Origin: an uncultured cyanobacterium
Lineage (GTDB): Bacteria > Cyanobacteriota > Cyanobacteriia > Cyanobacteriales > CAWUOF01
Direction: 5' to 3'
DNA length: 64,000 nt
Assembly (NCBI GenBank): GCA_963744145.1
Contig: CAVUSO010000001.1
Location: 960,001-1,024,000, forward strand
Numbering within the stretch: position 1 is the first letter of the stretch; each line of letters starts with the position of its first letter. Of the stretch, positions 50,778-61,115 are shown piece after piece. Made by a program: the position numbers and the translations under genes. The notes under the pieces are model-generated. The model had not been told where the DNA came from and did not search any database. It saw only the letters and a list, made by a program, of their open reading frames with translations.

Positions 50778-51788
50778 TTAGTTCTGATAATAGCTCCGAT
50801 ACCATTCCACAAAACGGGGAATCCCAATTTCAATGGGAGTGCTAGGTTTAAATCCGACATCTGTTTCTAAGTCCTCGATCGCTGCGTAGGTTGCTGGGAC
50901 ATCTCCCGGTTGGAGTGGAAGTAGTTCTTTTGATGCTTTGCTCCCAAGACAATTTTCCAAGACTTCGATAAAGTGTAACAATTCCACTGGTTGATGGTTG
51001 CCAATATTATAAACTTTGTAAGGGGCGTAACTTGTCCCAGGATCGGGATTGGCACTTGACCAATGAGGATTGGGTGCAGAAATTAAATCTAGCGATCGCA
51101 CTACCCCATCAATAATATCATCAATATAGGTAAAATCCCGTTTCATTTTGCCGTGATTAAAAACTTGAATAGTTTCTCCAGCTAAGATCGCTTTGGTAAA
51201 CAAAAACAAAGCCATATCTGGTCTTCCCCATCGACCATAAACTGTAAAAAATCTTAATCCCGTCGTTGGTAAACCATAGAGATGACTATAGCTATGAGCC
51301 ATCAGTTCATTGGCTTTTTTCGTTGCGGCGTATAAACTAACTGGATGATCAACATTATCATGGATCGAAAAAGGCATTTTAGTATTAGCACCATAGACTG
51401 AGCTAGAAGATGCGTAAACTAAATGTTTAACTTTTCCATGACGACATCCTTCTAAGATATTAATAAATCCGACTAAGTTACTATCTATATAAGCATGAGG
51501 ATTTTGGAGAGAATAGCGGACTCCTGCTTGAGCGGCTAAATTAACTACTTTTTCGGGTTGATATTCAGCAAATAAATTGGCGATTCCTTCGCGATCGGCA
51601 AGATCTAACTGGCTGAATAAAAAATGCTGATGTTCTTTGAGTTGTCTGAGTCTTGCCAATTTTAAGTTAACATCATAATAAGGATTGAGATTATCAATCC
51701 CCAAGACAGTTTCACCTCGAGCTAGCAGATGTTGACAAAGATGAAACCCAATAAAACCTGCTGCCCCAGTCACTAATATATTTGCCAT
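50778..51788 (-). CDS. NAD-dependent nucleotide-sugar epimerase (UDP-glucuronate 4-epimerase-like)
   Basis: [32 protein letters not shown]. Likely start is MANILV at 51788 rather than 51842. Confidence 0.93.
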   Translation of the reverse strand: MANILVTGAAGFIGFHLCQHLLARGETVLGIDNLNPYYDVNLKLARLRQLKEHQHFLFSQLDLADREGIANLFAEYQPEKVVNLAAQAGVRYSLQNPHAYIDSNLVGFINILEGCRHGKVKHLVYASSSSVYGANTKMPFSIHDNVDHPVSLYAATKKANELMAHSYSHLYGLPTTGLRFFTVYGRWGRPDMALFLFTKAILAGETIQVFNHGKMKRDFTYIDDIIDGVVRSLDLISAPNPHWSSANPDPGTSYAPYKVYNIGNHQPVELLHFIEVLENCLGSKASKELLPLQPGDVPATYAAIEDLETDVGFKPSTPIEIGIPRFVEWYRSYYQN

Positions 51789-51927
51789 AATTTTTGTTTT
51801 TCTAAACTGTATAAATTGTGAATTTTGACAGATTAATCCCACATCTAGTCAGAAGATGTGGGTAGCGAGAAAACCCAATTAATCTGGTTGCCCCCAATAA
51901 CTAATATATTTGCCAGAGCTTTGGTAT

Positions 51928-53211
51928 TTATAAACTCCAGTAAATAATTTCTGGTGGTATAGCATGAGGCTCAAAAGCAGATTTAATATCCATGAAAATT
52001 CCACCCAATCGCAAACAGGTAAGTAATTTTGACAAGGGCTTTTCTAGATATTTCCGATGACTAACTGCTAAAACTAAAGCATCTAAATCATCGAATTCAT
52101 GCCATTTGACCAAATTAATCCCATATTCCTCCTTGACTTCTTCAGCATTAGCAATTGGGTCATGAATTAAAGGTTTAATCCCAAAATGATGAAGTTCGTT
52201 AATGATATCTGGAACCCGACTATTACGAATATCTGACACATTTTCTTTGAAGGTAATCCCTAAAATGCCCACCCGTGCTTTTTTAATGGGGATATCTTGA
52301 TGAGTTGTCATTAGTTTAATCAGACGCTGACCTAAATATACTCCCATTCCATCATTAATTCTTCGTCCAGCTAGAATAACTTCCGGATGATATCCAAGTT
52401 CTTGAGCTTTAGCAGTGAGATAATAGGGGTCAACACCGATACAATGACCACCGACTAATCCCGGTTTGAACCCTAAAAAATTCCATTTGGTACTAGCAGC
52501 TGCTAAAACATCTTGAGTCCGGAGTTGCAAGCGATCGCAAATTAATGCTAATTCATTCATCAAAGCAATATTCAAATCCCGTTGAATATTTTCAATGACC
52601 TTAGCTGCTTCCGCAGTTTTGATCGAGGTACTTTGATAAACACCTGCATCAATAATCGCTTGATAGACATTAGTAACACGATTTAATGTATCCGGATCTT
52701 CAGCTGAGACAACTTTGATAATTTTTTCTAAAGTATGTTCTGGATCACCGGGATTAATGCGCTCTGGTGAGTAACCTAATTTAAAATCTTTCCCTTGCTG
52801 TAAACCTGATACTGAAGCAATAATCGGACCACAAATTTCTTCGGTAACACCGGGATAGACTGTAGATTCATAGACAACTACAGCACCAGGTTGAATAAAC
52901 TTACCGATAGTTTCAGAAGCACTAATTAAAGGTTTCAGATTAGGAAAATTATGGGAGTCGATCGGTGTAGGTACAGCAACCACAAAAAAAGTAGCTGAAC
53001 TTAAATTAGTTGGGTTGCTGGTAATTTGGAGTGTTGAAGATTGTAATTCTGCGGGAGCAACTTGATTAGTAGTATCAAGTCCTTGTTGCAGTGATTCCAC
53101 CTTTTTTTGATTAAGATCAAAGCCAATTGTATCGGAAAATTTTTTTGCAAAAGCTAAAGCCAAGGGTAACCCAACATAACCCAAACCAATGACGGCAATA
53201 CGTTCTTTCAT
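51928..53211 (-). CDS. UDP-N-acetylhexosamine 6-dehydrogenase (TviB/WbpO-like)
   Basis: GLGYVG, ESTVYPG, YSPERINPGD, GGHCIGVDPYYL. Confidence 0.92.
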   Translation of the reverse strand: MKERIAVIGLGYVGLPLALAFAKKFSDTIGFDLNQKKVESLQQGLDTTNQVAPAELQSSTLQITSNPTNLSSATFFVVAVPTPIDSHNFPNLKPLISASETIGKFIQPGAVVVYESTVYPGVTEEICGPIIASVSGLQQGKDFKLGYSPERINPGDPEHTLEKIIKVVSAEDPDTLNRVTNVYQAIIDAGVYQSTSIKTAEAAKVIENIQRDLNIALMNELALICDRLQLRTQDVLAAASTKWNFLGFKPGLVGGHCIGVDPYYLTAKAQELGYHPEVILAGRRINDGMGVYLGQRLIKLMTTHQDIPIKKARVGILGITFKENVSDIRNSRVPDIINELHHFGIKPLIHDPIANAEEVKEEYGINLVKWHEFDDLDALVLAVSHRKYLEKPLSKLLTCLRLGGIFMDIKSAFEPHAIPPEIIYWSL

Positions 53212-53542
53212 TTGCAGTATCTCTTGTGAAAAGATCAGAATTAGACTGGTAATTAGTCAGATATATTCCTTCTTTCTAAAATTTTCAGACGTAGCCGGAA
53301 AAGAAATGTTTCCTAAATATTTTTTTTGATTTTTTGCTTAAAAATTAGCTGTTCAGATTCCGGATGGTAACTAAAAATTTTGTGATCTTAGACTAGATAG
53401 GCAAGATCCAGCAGGGTTGCGTATCAGCAATTATACCAAGTTGAATTGAGCAATTCAATTGTCAGCCTGAGGTGGCAACTATTTCATTAATTATTACCTG
53501 ATCATTCAATTTGGGATTAGTTTACCTGCTCCAAAAAAAATC

Positions 53543-54734
53543 ATGCTAAATACAAAGCTTAAAAAGATCAACAAAAAAATCCTTCTTGTTGCTAACACCA
53601 GTTGGTATCTTTACAATTTTCGTCTCCCTTTAGCTCGATATCTCCGTTCTCATGGGTTTCAAGTTGTGTTTGTTTCTCCTGGAGATGCTTATGTAGAAAG
53701 ATTGCGAGCTGAAGGTTTTCGCTGGGTTAACCTCAAATTAAGTCGGCGTAGTGTTAATCCTTTGAGAGAATTTTTGACGATCGCAGCTTTAACACTTATT
53801 TATTTACAGGAACAACCAGCAGCAGTGCATCACTTCACAATTAAATGTGTTCTCTATGGAACTATTGCTGCTAAACTCAGTCAAGTAAAGGCTGTAGTAA
53901 ATGCTGTAACTGGGTTAGGGCACATTTTTATTGGTACGGGATGGAAAGCAGATATTTTGCGGTTGGTGGTCAGACCACTATACAAACTTATTCTTGGGGC
54001 TAGAAGAAGTAGGGTGGTATTTCAAAATATGGATGATTTAAAAACTTTTGATGACTTGCATTTAATTATTCCCGATCGGACTGTATTGATTAGAAGTTCT
54101 GGAGTAGATTTAAACCGTTTTTCACCGCGTCCTAGTCATCCTGATGTACTACCAACACCGATCGTTCTTTTTGCTTCTCGGTTTATTGCTGAAAAAGGAA
54201 TTAATGAATATGTAGAAGCAGTGCGTATTCTGAAAGATCGAGGAGTTAAGGCTACATTTCAAATTGCCGGAAGCTCTTGATCCTGATAATCCTTCTTCTA
54301 TTTCTTTTGCTACTCTTGAGCAGTGGAAACAGGAAGGAGCAGTGGATGTTTTAGAATATGCTGATGAGATTGAAAAGCTGATTGATTTATCAACTATGGT
54401 TGTGCTTCCTTCCTATCGAGAAGGAACACCAAGAATTTTACTCGAAGCAGCAGCGATGGGAAAAGCGCTGGTAGCAACAGATGTTCCTGGTTGTCGAGAA
54501 GTGGTAGAACATGGTAAAAATGGGTTACTTGTACCGGCTAAAAATTCTCTAGCTTTAGCTGATGCGATGGAGACTCTTTTAAAAAATCCCACTCTTTGTC
54601 AGCAGATGGGTATGGCAGGAAGAGATAAAGTGGTGAGAGAGTTTGATGTGCGAGAAGTAGTTCAAAAAACTGCTCAAGTATATGAACGGATGGGCATATT
54701 ATCTCCTCGTCCAGGATTAGCGGTTCAATATTAA
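53543..54734 (+). pseudogene. GT4 glycosyltransferase with an apparent +1 frameshift near 54271 (may be a sequencing error)
   Basis: LYNFRLPL, VFQN, SRFIAEKG in the first frame; LDPDNP, LPSYREGTPRILLEAAA, TDVPGCRE in the second. Confidence 0.88.
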
Positions 54735-54747
54735 GTAGTTCCAGATG

Positions 54748-54778
54748 ATCGGAGTGGATGAAGATCCACTCCGATTTT
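54748..54778. terminator. Perfect 12-bp hairpin between convergent genes
   Basis: ATCGGAGTGGAT-GAAG-ATCCACTCCGAT followed by T residues. Confidence 0.7.
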
Positions 54779-54782
54779 GGTT

Positions 54783-56726
54783 TTATTGATGTTCTAACCA
54801 TGCTTGAAACATCAGGATATCCCAGAGATAATGTTGCCAATTGCGATCGCCTGCTAAATGTTCTTCCCACTTCTGACGGATGGGTTGAACGTTTAAAAAC
54901 CCTTCTTGTTTTAGTCGCTGTTCATCCAGCAATGTTTCTGCCCAATCGCGTAAGTAACCGCGCAACCAGTGATGTAACGGAATAGCAAAGCCCATTTTCG
55001 GTCTTTCCATTAGATGTGGAGGTACATATTGAGCTAAAACTTGACGCAATAACCACTTACTTTGATTTTGACAAATTTTTAGGTTTAAAGGCAATTGCCA
55101 TGCCAATTCAACTACGCGATGATCTAAAAATGGTACACGAGATTCTAAACTTACCCCCATGCTGGCTCGATCTAATTTAACCAGAATATCATCGGGAAGA
55201 TAAGTAATAGTATCTAAATAAAGCATTTGCTGGGTAGAATCGGCAAATTCTCCCCATTGTTCAAGGCTATTCAAAATGGTTTTTGGTTCAGTTCCAGCTA
55301 ATACTAAAGAGTCTAAATCATTATAGTTGGAAACTAGTCGTCTATATAATGCTTTTGGACTGGAAATTGATAAAATATTTGACAGTTTGTGGACTTTATC
55401 ACCGGGATGACTTTGTTTGATTTTTGCTGGAATTAAGGCATCAAAATTATTAAAAAGAGTATCCCAGATTTGAGGAGATATGCTAGTTAATGTATCGGCT
55501 GCTATTTGTCGTAAAGGCTGAGGTATCCAGCCTATTTTTTGCCAAAAATTTCGTCCCCATAAATGTCGATTATATCCAGCAAAAAGTTCGTCTCCACCGT
55601 CACCGGAAAGACTAACGGTTACTTGTTGTCTGGCTAATTGAGATACTAAAAAAGTTGGAATCTGGGAAGAATCGGCAAAAGGTTCATCATATAAGGTGGG
55701 TAGTTTAGGGATAATCGCGATCGCATCTTTATCAGTTAGATAAAGTTCTGTATGATCTGTCCCTAGATGGTTCGCTATTGCTTGAGCATGGTTCGCTTCG
55801 TTATAACTATCTTCATAAAAACCAATCGTAAATGTTTTGATAGCTTGGGAGCTTTGAATTTGCATCAGCGCTACGATCGTTGAGGAGTCAATTCCTCCTG
55901 ATAAAAATGCACCTAAAGGGACATCTGCCATCATGCGTAAACTGACTGCATTTTGGAGAAGTGAATCTAGTTTAGCGATCGCTTCTGATGGAGAGCCAGT
56001 AAAGGGATGATTAATCCCATTTTCGGCGATCGACTGAACAGACCAATAGGGTATAGGTTCAGAACTATTTCCATTTGGTTCTACTGTTAAAACACAAGCT
56101 GGGGGCAGTTTATAGATACCTTTGTAAATAGAATAGGGTGCAGGAATATAGTTATAGCGGAGATAAAGAGCTAAAGCATCACGATTAATTTCTGCGGGAA
56201 AGTCCGGATAAGCTTTGATCGCTTTTAATTCTGAAGCAAACAGAAAAGTTTGATTTACCCAACCGTAATAAAGAGGTTTTTCACCTAAGCGATCGCGTCC
56301 TAAATGTAAAAGTCGTTCTTGTCTATCCCATAAAGCAAAAGCAAACATTCCATTAAACCGTTGAACCGATTTCTCTAAACCCCACTCGCTAAAAGCAGCT
56401 AACATTACTTCTGTATCAGAACCACCGCGAAAACTATGACCTAGTGGTTCTAATTCTCGACGTAATTCTAAAAAGTTATAAATTTCACCATTAAAAACTA
56501 TGACATAACGTCCATTCACAGATACCATTGGTTGATGTCCTTCTGGGGAGAGATCAACGATCGCTAGTCGTCGATGTCCTAAAGCAATTCCTGCTGTTTC
56601 ATCAATCCAGATTCCACCACTATCGGGTCCTCGATGTAACAAGGTATTATTCATTTGTTCTAGGGTGGAACGATAATTGATAGTAGTCGAGGAACTATTG
56701 TTAATCCATCCGCAAATACCGCACAT
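54783..56726 (-). CDS. asnB: Asparagine synthase (glutamine-hydrolysing)-like amidotransferase
   Basis: N-terminal MCGICG (Ntn Cys), HRGPD, FNGEIYN, LSGGIDSS, LSGDGGDELF. In a glycan cluster it is probably a sugar amidotransferase. Confidence 0.92.
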   Translation of the reverse strand: MCGICGWINNSSSTTINYRSTLEQMNNTLLHRGPDSGGIWIDETAGIALGHRRLAIVDLSPEGHQPMVSVNGRYVIVFNGEIYNFLELRRELEPLGHSFRGGSDTEVMLAAFSEWGLEKSVQRFNGMFAFALWDRQERLLHLGRDRLGEKPLYYGWVNQTFLFASELKAIKAYPDFPAEINRDALALYLRYNYIPAPYSIYKGIYKLPPACVLTVEPNGNSSEPIPYWSVQSIAENGINHPFTGSPSEAIAKLDSLLQNAVSLRMMADVPLGAFLSGGIDSSTIVALMQIQSSQAIKTFTIGFYEDSYNEANHAQAIANHLGTDHTELYLTDKDAIAIIPKLPTLYDEPFADSSQIPTFLVSQLARQQVTVSLSGDGGDELFAGYNRHLWGRNFWQKIGWIPQPLRQIAADTLTSISPQIWDTLFNNFDALIPAKIKQSHPGDKVHKLSNILSISSPKALYRRLVSNYNDLDSLVLAGTEPKTILNSLEQWGEFADSTQQMLYLDTITYLPDDILVKLDRASMGVSLESRVPFLDHRVVELAWQLPLNLKICQNQSKWLLRQVLAQYVPPHLMERPKMGFAIPLHHWLRGYLRDWAETLLDEQRLKQEGFLNVQPIRQKWEEHLAGDRNWQHYLWDILMFQAWLEHQ

Positions 56727-56867
56727 ATTTTATATTTCCCAAAAAGATAAATAGCGTTTGGAGTTGAGCATAAACTGCATTTAGTTTACAGTTAGGAATC
56801 CAAATGATTGTAAAGATTAAATGCTCTGCTAATTTAGCTTTCGGTAGAAAATGTTGAGATCAGGAAA

Positions 56868-58211
56868 TTAAGGACTTTTTCTGGGAGCTAATCTTTGATA
56901 ATTTTCTAAGTTTTTTTTACTATTGCGTTTAATTACTTTAGTTCCTTTGGCACGAATATAAAGTAGTAATATTAAAAATATGGGTAATATTTGTAACCTG
57001 TAACGGACTCCTGAACCCAAGTTTTGAGAAGAGATAAATCCATATATAGTTGACCAAACTAACACTAGCACAATTGCCCACATTACTATAGGTTCTCGCA
57101 AAGTTTGCCAACGAGATCGTTTTACTGCTTGTCCAAATAGGAAAAGGAGAAACAAATTTTCAAATCCAGCTAATAATCCAAAAGGGTTAAGAACTTCTCC
57201 AGGTAGAGGACGAAATAAAGCTGTAAATATACCCACAGGAGCAAATGCGATCATCTGATTAACACCTGTAAATTGTGGTAATGCTTGGTTAGAACCTCCC
57301 TGTTCCCAGGTTTTAGATATGGTATTCGTAGTAGTCAGAGCATCTTCGGCACTTTCTAGACGAAATTGATTAGTAAACTGATTGAAAGTAAATAAAAGTG
57401 CTGCTATTGCAAAGGTAAGAAACAACAACTTAGGTAAAATTCCTCTGACACTACCCCAAGCAAAAACTATCAATGGGAATGCTAAAATTGGCCCTAACCA
57501 GGTACGGATGAAGATCGCGATCGCGATTCCTAGTGCTAAGGGAATAATATAGCGCAACTGTTGCAGTCGGAACAATCCGACGACTCCATAAAAATAGAGA
57601 GCTATTCCTAAAATAATCAGTGGATCTTTTCCCAAAATAGAAGACCAAAATAAAATCGATGGGAAAAAACCTAAGATATACAATAACCGGGGGTTACTTT
57701 GCTGAAAAAATATTTCAGCAGCTCGATAAAAAATATAAATTGAGATCATTCCCACCATCGAGAAGCTTACTTTCAAAGCATGATAAGAAGCGGGAAAAAT
57801 CTGATTGTGCAGCCAAGCGATAAAAATAGTATTAGTAGTACCATTGCTGCCTACTGTTTCCATCGGAAAGTCATACTTAAGAGATTCGCTAAAATAAGAA
57901 TAGGAATCTAAACCATAGTTATCTTCATATAACAACATAAAAACTAAGGTAACTAAAGTTTTGCCTACCCACAACCATAACAGAATTTTTTTATCTCTTT
58001 GTGGTACTGACCAGAAGAAGATGCTGATGCCCAAAGTTATTGCCCAACCAAGGGCAGTCATATAATCAGTTCCGATATCTTTTTGAGGAATTCTATGTCC
58101 CCAAATCACGATTAAATCGGAAAATTTAGCCACAACTATCCCGAATAGAGTGGCGATTGAAATAAAAGCAGAAATCAGAAATTCTTGATTTTTGTACCAA
58201 GGTGTGTTCAT
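56868..58211 (-). CDS. Multi-pass membrane protein, putative Wzy-type polysaccharide polymerase
   Basis: About 10-11 hydrophobic segments; PSILFWSSILGKD and NLGSGVRYR motifs; glycan-cluster context. Confidence 0.6.
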   Translation of the reverse strand: MNTPWYKNQEFLISAFISIATLFGIVVAKFSDLIVIWGHRIPQKDIGTDYMTALGWAITLGISIFFWSVPQRDKKILLWLWVGKTLVTLVFMLLYEDNYGLDSYSYFSESLKYDFPMETVGSNGTTNTIFIAWLHNQIFPASYHALKVSFSMVGMISIYIFYRAAEIFFQQSNPRLLYILGFFPSILFWSSILGKDPLIILGIALYFYGVVGLFRLQQLRYIIPLALGIAIAIFIRTWLGPILAFPLIVFAWGSVRGILPKLLFLTFAIAALLFTFNQFTNQFRLESAEDALTTTNTISKTWEQGGSNQALPQFTGVNQMIAFAPVGIFTALFRPLPGEVLNPFGLLAGFENLFLLFLFGQAVKRSRWQTLREPIVMWAIVLVLVWSTIYGFISSQNLGSGVRYRLQILPIFLILLLYIRAKGTKVIKRNSKKNLENYQRLAPRKSP

Positions 58212-58261
58212 TTAATCTATCTTTTTAGTAAGATGTGAATAAATCATGGTGGACTGCGCTG

Positions 58262-59113
58262 TTAATTGGTTATTTGGAGTAACGAGACAAAGCGATCGCG
58301 CCGGGACGGGTGGATAAAGACATAGTTATCTTCCACAACTTCTTCCACTTGAGTAAGTCGAAGCCATTTCTGATCTGCTACTGTTTCATAGCGATACAGA
58401 CTGTAACCCAGCATAAAGAAAAATTGGGTGAGTTCTTCTAATCTAATACCGAAACCTTCTAGATACCAGGGATTAATTTCGCAGATCACTGACGGATAGT
58501 GCTGCTCAATAATTTTTTGACCACCTCGAAAAGCAAATAACTCAGCTCCTTCAATATCACATTTAATCAACGACAAATCTTTCAGGGGCGGTAAAAATTC
58601 ATCTAGTGCGATCGTTTCGCACCAAACTTCCTTAGTTTCCTTCCACCTAACTTGTGTCTCTTTACCATCACGATCATCATTCCGTTGAGCAATATGGGAT
58701 TGACCGGCAGAAATAGTTCCTGAAGATGCTATGGGCACCCTAAAAGCCATCTTTTCTGTGCGATCGCTACAACCTTTTGGCACGATTTCAACATTCTTAA
58801 ATTGCAAAATTTTAGCGATTATCCTTAATGTGGTATTAGTAAAGGGTACTGGCTCAAAAGCATAGACCCGTCCTAACTCTCCTACTGCTCGCGATAAATG
58901 ATAGCAATAAAGTCCATAATTTGCACCAATATCTAGAACTGATTCTCCTGGTTGAACAGCAAAAGCAATCAGGTCAATTTCGGGTTCAGAAAGGCTACCT
59001 GTCCGAATATCCCAAGCCATTGCCATAGCTTGAATTAGTTGATAATTTCTCTCGGTTAAAATCGGATGCAAAATCCGTTTGAAAAAGCGTCTCACTAAAG
59101 AATTAGCTGGCAT
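58262..59113 (-). CDS. FkbM-family methyltransferase
   Basis: LDIGANYG, VYAFEP, LIKCDIEGAE. Confidence 0.92.
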   Translation of the reverse strand: MPANSLVRRFFKRILHPILTERNYQLIQAMAMAWDIRTGSLSEPEIDLIAFAVQPGESVLDIGANYGLYCYHLSRAVGELGRVYAFEPVPFTNTTLRIIAKILQFKNVEIVPKGCSDRTEKMAFRVPIASSGTISAGQSHIAQRNDDRDGKETQVRWKETKEVWCETIALDEFLPPLKDLSLIKCDIEGAELFAFRGGQKIIEQHYPSVICEINPWYLEGFGIRLEELTQFFFMLGYSLYRYETVADQKWLRLTQVEEVVEDNYVFIHPSRRDRFVSLLQITN

Positions 59114-59171
59114 TGATTTTCCTGTTAGTATTGATTAATAAATGAATTATCTGGCGATCGCCAAAAGTAAC

Positions 59172-60164
59172 TTAAATCGATCCAGAATTACCGATCTTAC
59201 TGCGCTGGATCTTTAACGCATTTTCAACATCTTGTTTGGTAAAATTAGCATAAGGTACTCCATAATGACGATCAGATAGTTTGCCATCAATAGGATTACC
59301 ACACTGCAAATCTTTGAGAAGTTGCTGAATAGTTGACCGATTCTCTATAGTTTGGCTAGAATTGAGTTGTTGTTGGATCAACGGAGCCAACCCTTCATTA
59401 CTTGTTTGCTGAAGGATATGAAACAAACTGTATAAATAATCAACATTTGGTCCTAATTTAAACTCTTCCCGCTGTTTCATACCTTTAAAACCATCATTCG
59501 TGGGATAAAAATCGAAATATTCAACTATCTTAATATCGAGGGCTTTTGCTATTCCTAAATTTGTTGCTAACTGTCGAAATTTAGCCTCATTACCTTTAAA
59601 AATTGGTATCCGTTTCAGTCGATCTTTCCAGGTAGTTGGGTATTTGTTACTCCAGAGAGCTAAAGTAATTGTTAATGATGGTGGATAAAAAGGAACATGG
59701 GCTATATAAGAATCAACAAACGCAACATGGTGAAGTGCGTGGAGTTTATTTTCGATAACTTCCAGGTAAAATATCTCATTAGTAGCATCGACTATCTGCG
59801 GTTGCGTAAATGTCCAGTGTTCGTATCCATGTCCAAATATAGTTGCAGTTGAAAGTAACATATTACCGTGGTGATGAATTGCTTTAGTAGAAATATTTGT
59901 TTCACCACCCGGTAAAGGAATCCAACAGTTGGCTACAATATTGTAGAATTCATTATTTTCAATATTAAGACCCACCACTGGATAGTGTTTTTTGTTTAAT
60001 CCCCCAGGTGTTGCTAAATGTTTATTCAGAACAGCAGCAAGAAAATCTGGATCGGATGCTATATCCTCCATGACACTTTTACTTTGGAAGTGAGCATCAT
60101 GTTTGTTAACTGCTTGCTTAAATATCCTAGTCAGTTCTCCAAGATAGTCTTTGATCTTTTTCAT
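59172..60164 (-). CDS. Hypothetical protein, possible cupin-like metalloenzyme
   Basis: IHHHG followed downstream by YIAHVP. Start moved to 60164 (60176 also possible) to avoid overlap with the upstream gene. Confidence 0.65.
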   Translation of the reverse strand: MKKIKDYLGELTRIFKQAVNKHDAHFQSKSVMEDIASDPDFLAAVLNKHLATPGGLNKKHYPVVGLNIENNEFYNIVANCWIPLPGGETNISTKAIHHHGNMLLSTATIFGHGYEHWTFTQPQIVDATNEIFYLEVIENKLHALHHVAFVDSYIAHVPFYPPSLTITLALWSNKYPTTWKDRLKRIPIFKGNEAKFRQLATNLGIAKALDIKIVEYFDFYPTNDGFKGMKQREEFKLGPNVDYLYSLFHILQQTSNEGLAPLIQQQLNSSQTIENRSTIQQLLKDLQCGNPIDGKLSDRHYGVPYANFTKQDVENALKIQRSKIGNSGSI

Positions 60165-60190
60165 ATATTTCACCATTATCATCAAACTCG

Positions 60191-61099
60191 TTATTCTCGG
60201 ATCGCCCAGCAAATAATACCGTCTCCCATCCCGATTAACTTACCTAATGACTGCACCAGATCTAAACCGATATACTCAATTTTTCCTGAGATACCTTTTC
60301 CGGGAAATAAATTACCCAACCGATAAAGTTGAAGTGATAACGGTCGAAATCCAACCGAAGTTAGCAGTCGTCGTAGACTAGTTGGACAAAAACCTACAAC
60401 GTGAAAAGGAGGGAAAGTTGGGCTTAAATTTATAGCCCAATCTCTTCCTCTTAGCCGCATATAGGAATTGCCAACGATGGTACTTAAAGAACACTCGTTG
60501 GGAACATCTATAAATATTAATCCACCGGGTTGAAGAGCTGATCGAATCATTTTAAGGGTTTTTACTGGCTCATATAAATGTTCGAGAATAGCAGCCAAAA
60601 TTACCACATCGTAGACTTCTTTTAAGGAATTGCAAGTTTCTATAGGAGCAAATTCTACTTCTATATCTTTGAGATCCTGAGCAACAACTGCAAAGCTTTC
60701 AGTCATCTCTACACCGCGCACTTCCCAACCACGATTGACTGCACCTCGAAGTAAATCACCTCGACCACAACCTAGTTCTAACATTTTCCCCGGTTTGCCA
60801 AGGATATTTTCTGCAAAATTAGCTAGTTTTTCCCCGTATAAAATTTTTTCTTGAGATTGTTGAAAATAAAAATATTCTTCAGCGGAATACTCTGAGTATG
60901 GGTTAGACTCGGGCAATAACGTAGGCTGTTGATAGACAGCATGACAGTCTAGACAGCGAACGATCTTGGTTTCTACACCTTTGTTTTCGTGATGAGCGCG
61001 TCCACCTCTTACTCCCAGAACCTTTGCTTTTCTAGAATCACACAGGGGACAAGGAGAATCTTCAGCACGCCATTGTATTTTACTTAGTTCTGTCATCAT
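60191..61099 (-). CDS. Class I SAM-dependent methyltransferase with N-terminal Zn-binding motif
   Basis: CPLC...CLDC, MLELGCGRG, ILEHL, LQPGG; AGAGGA ribosome-binding site before the ATG at 61099. Confidence 0.88.
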   Translation of the reverse strand: MMTELSKIQWRAEDSPCPLCDSRKAKVLGVRGGRAHHENKGVETKIVRCLDCHAVYQQPTLLPESNPYSEYSAEEYFYFQQSQEKILYGEKLANFAENILGKPGKMLELGCGRGDLLRGAVNRGWEVRGVEMTESFAVVAQDLKDIEVEFAPIETCNSLKEVYDVVILAAILEHLYEPVKTLKMIRSALQPGGLIFIDVPNECSLSTIVGNSYMRLRGRDWAINLSPTFPPFHVVGFCPTSLRRLLTSVGFRPLSLQLYRLGNLFPGKGISGKIEYIGLDLVQSLGKLIGMGDGIICWAIRE

Positions 61100-61115
61100 G
61101 ATATCCTCTGTTAAT

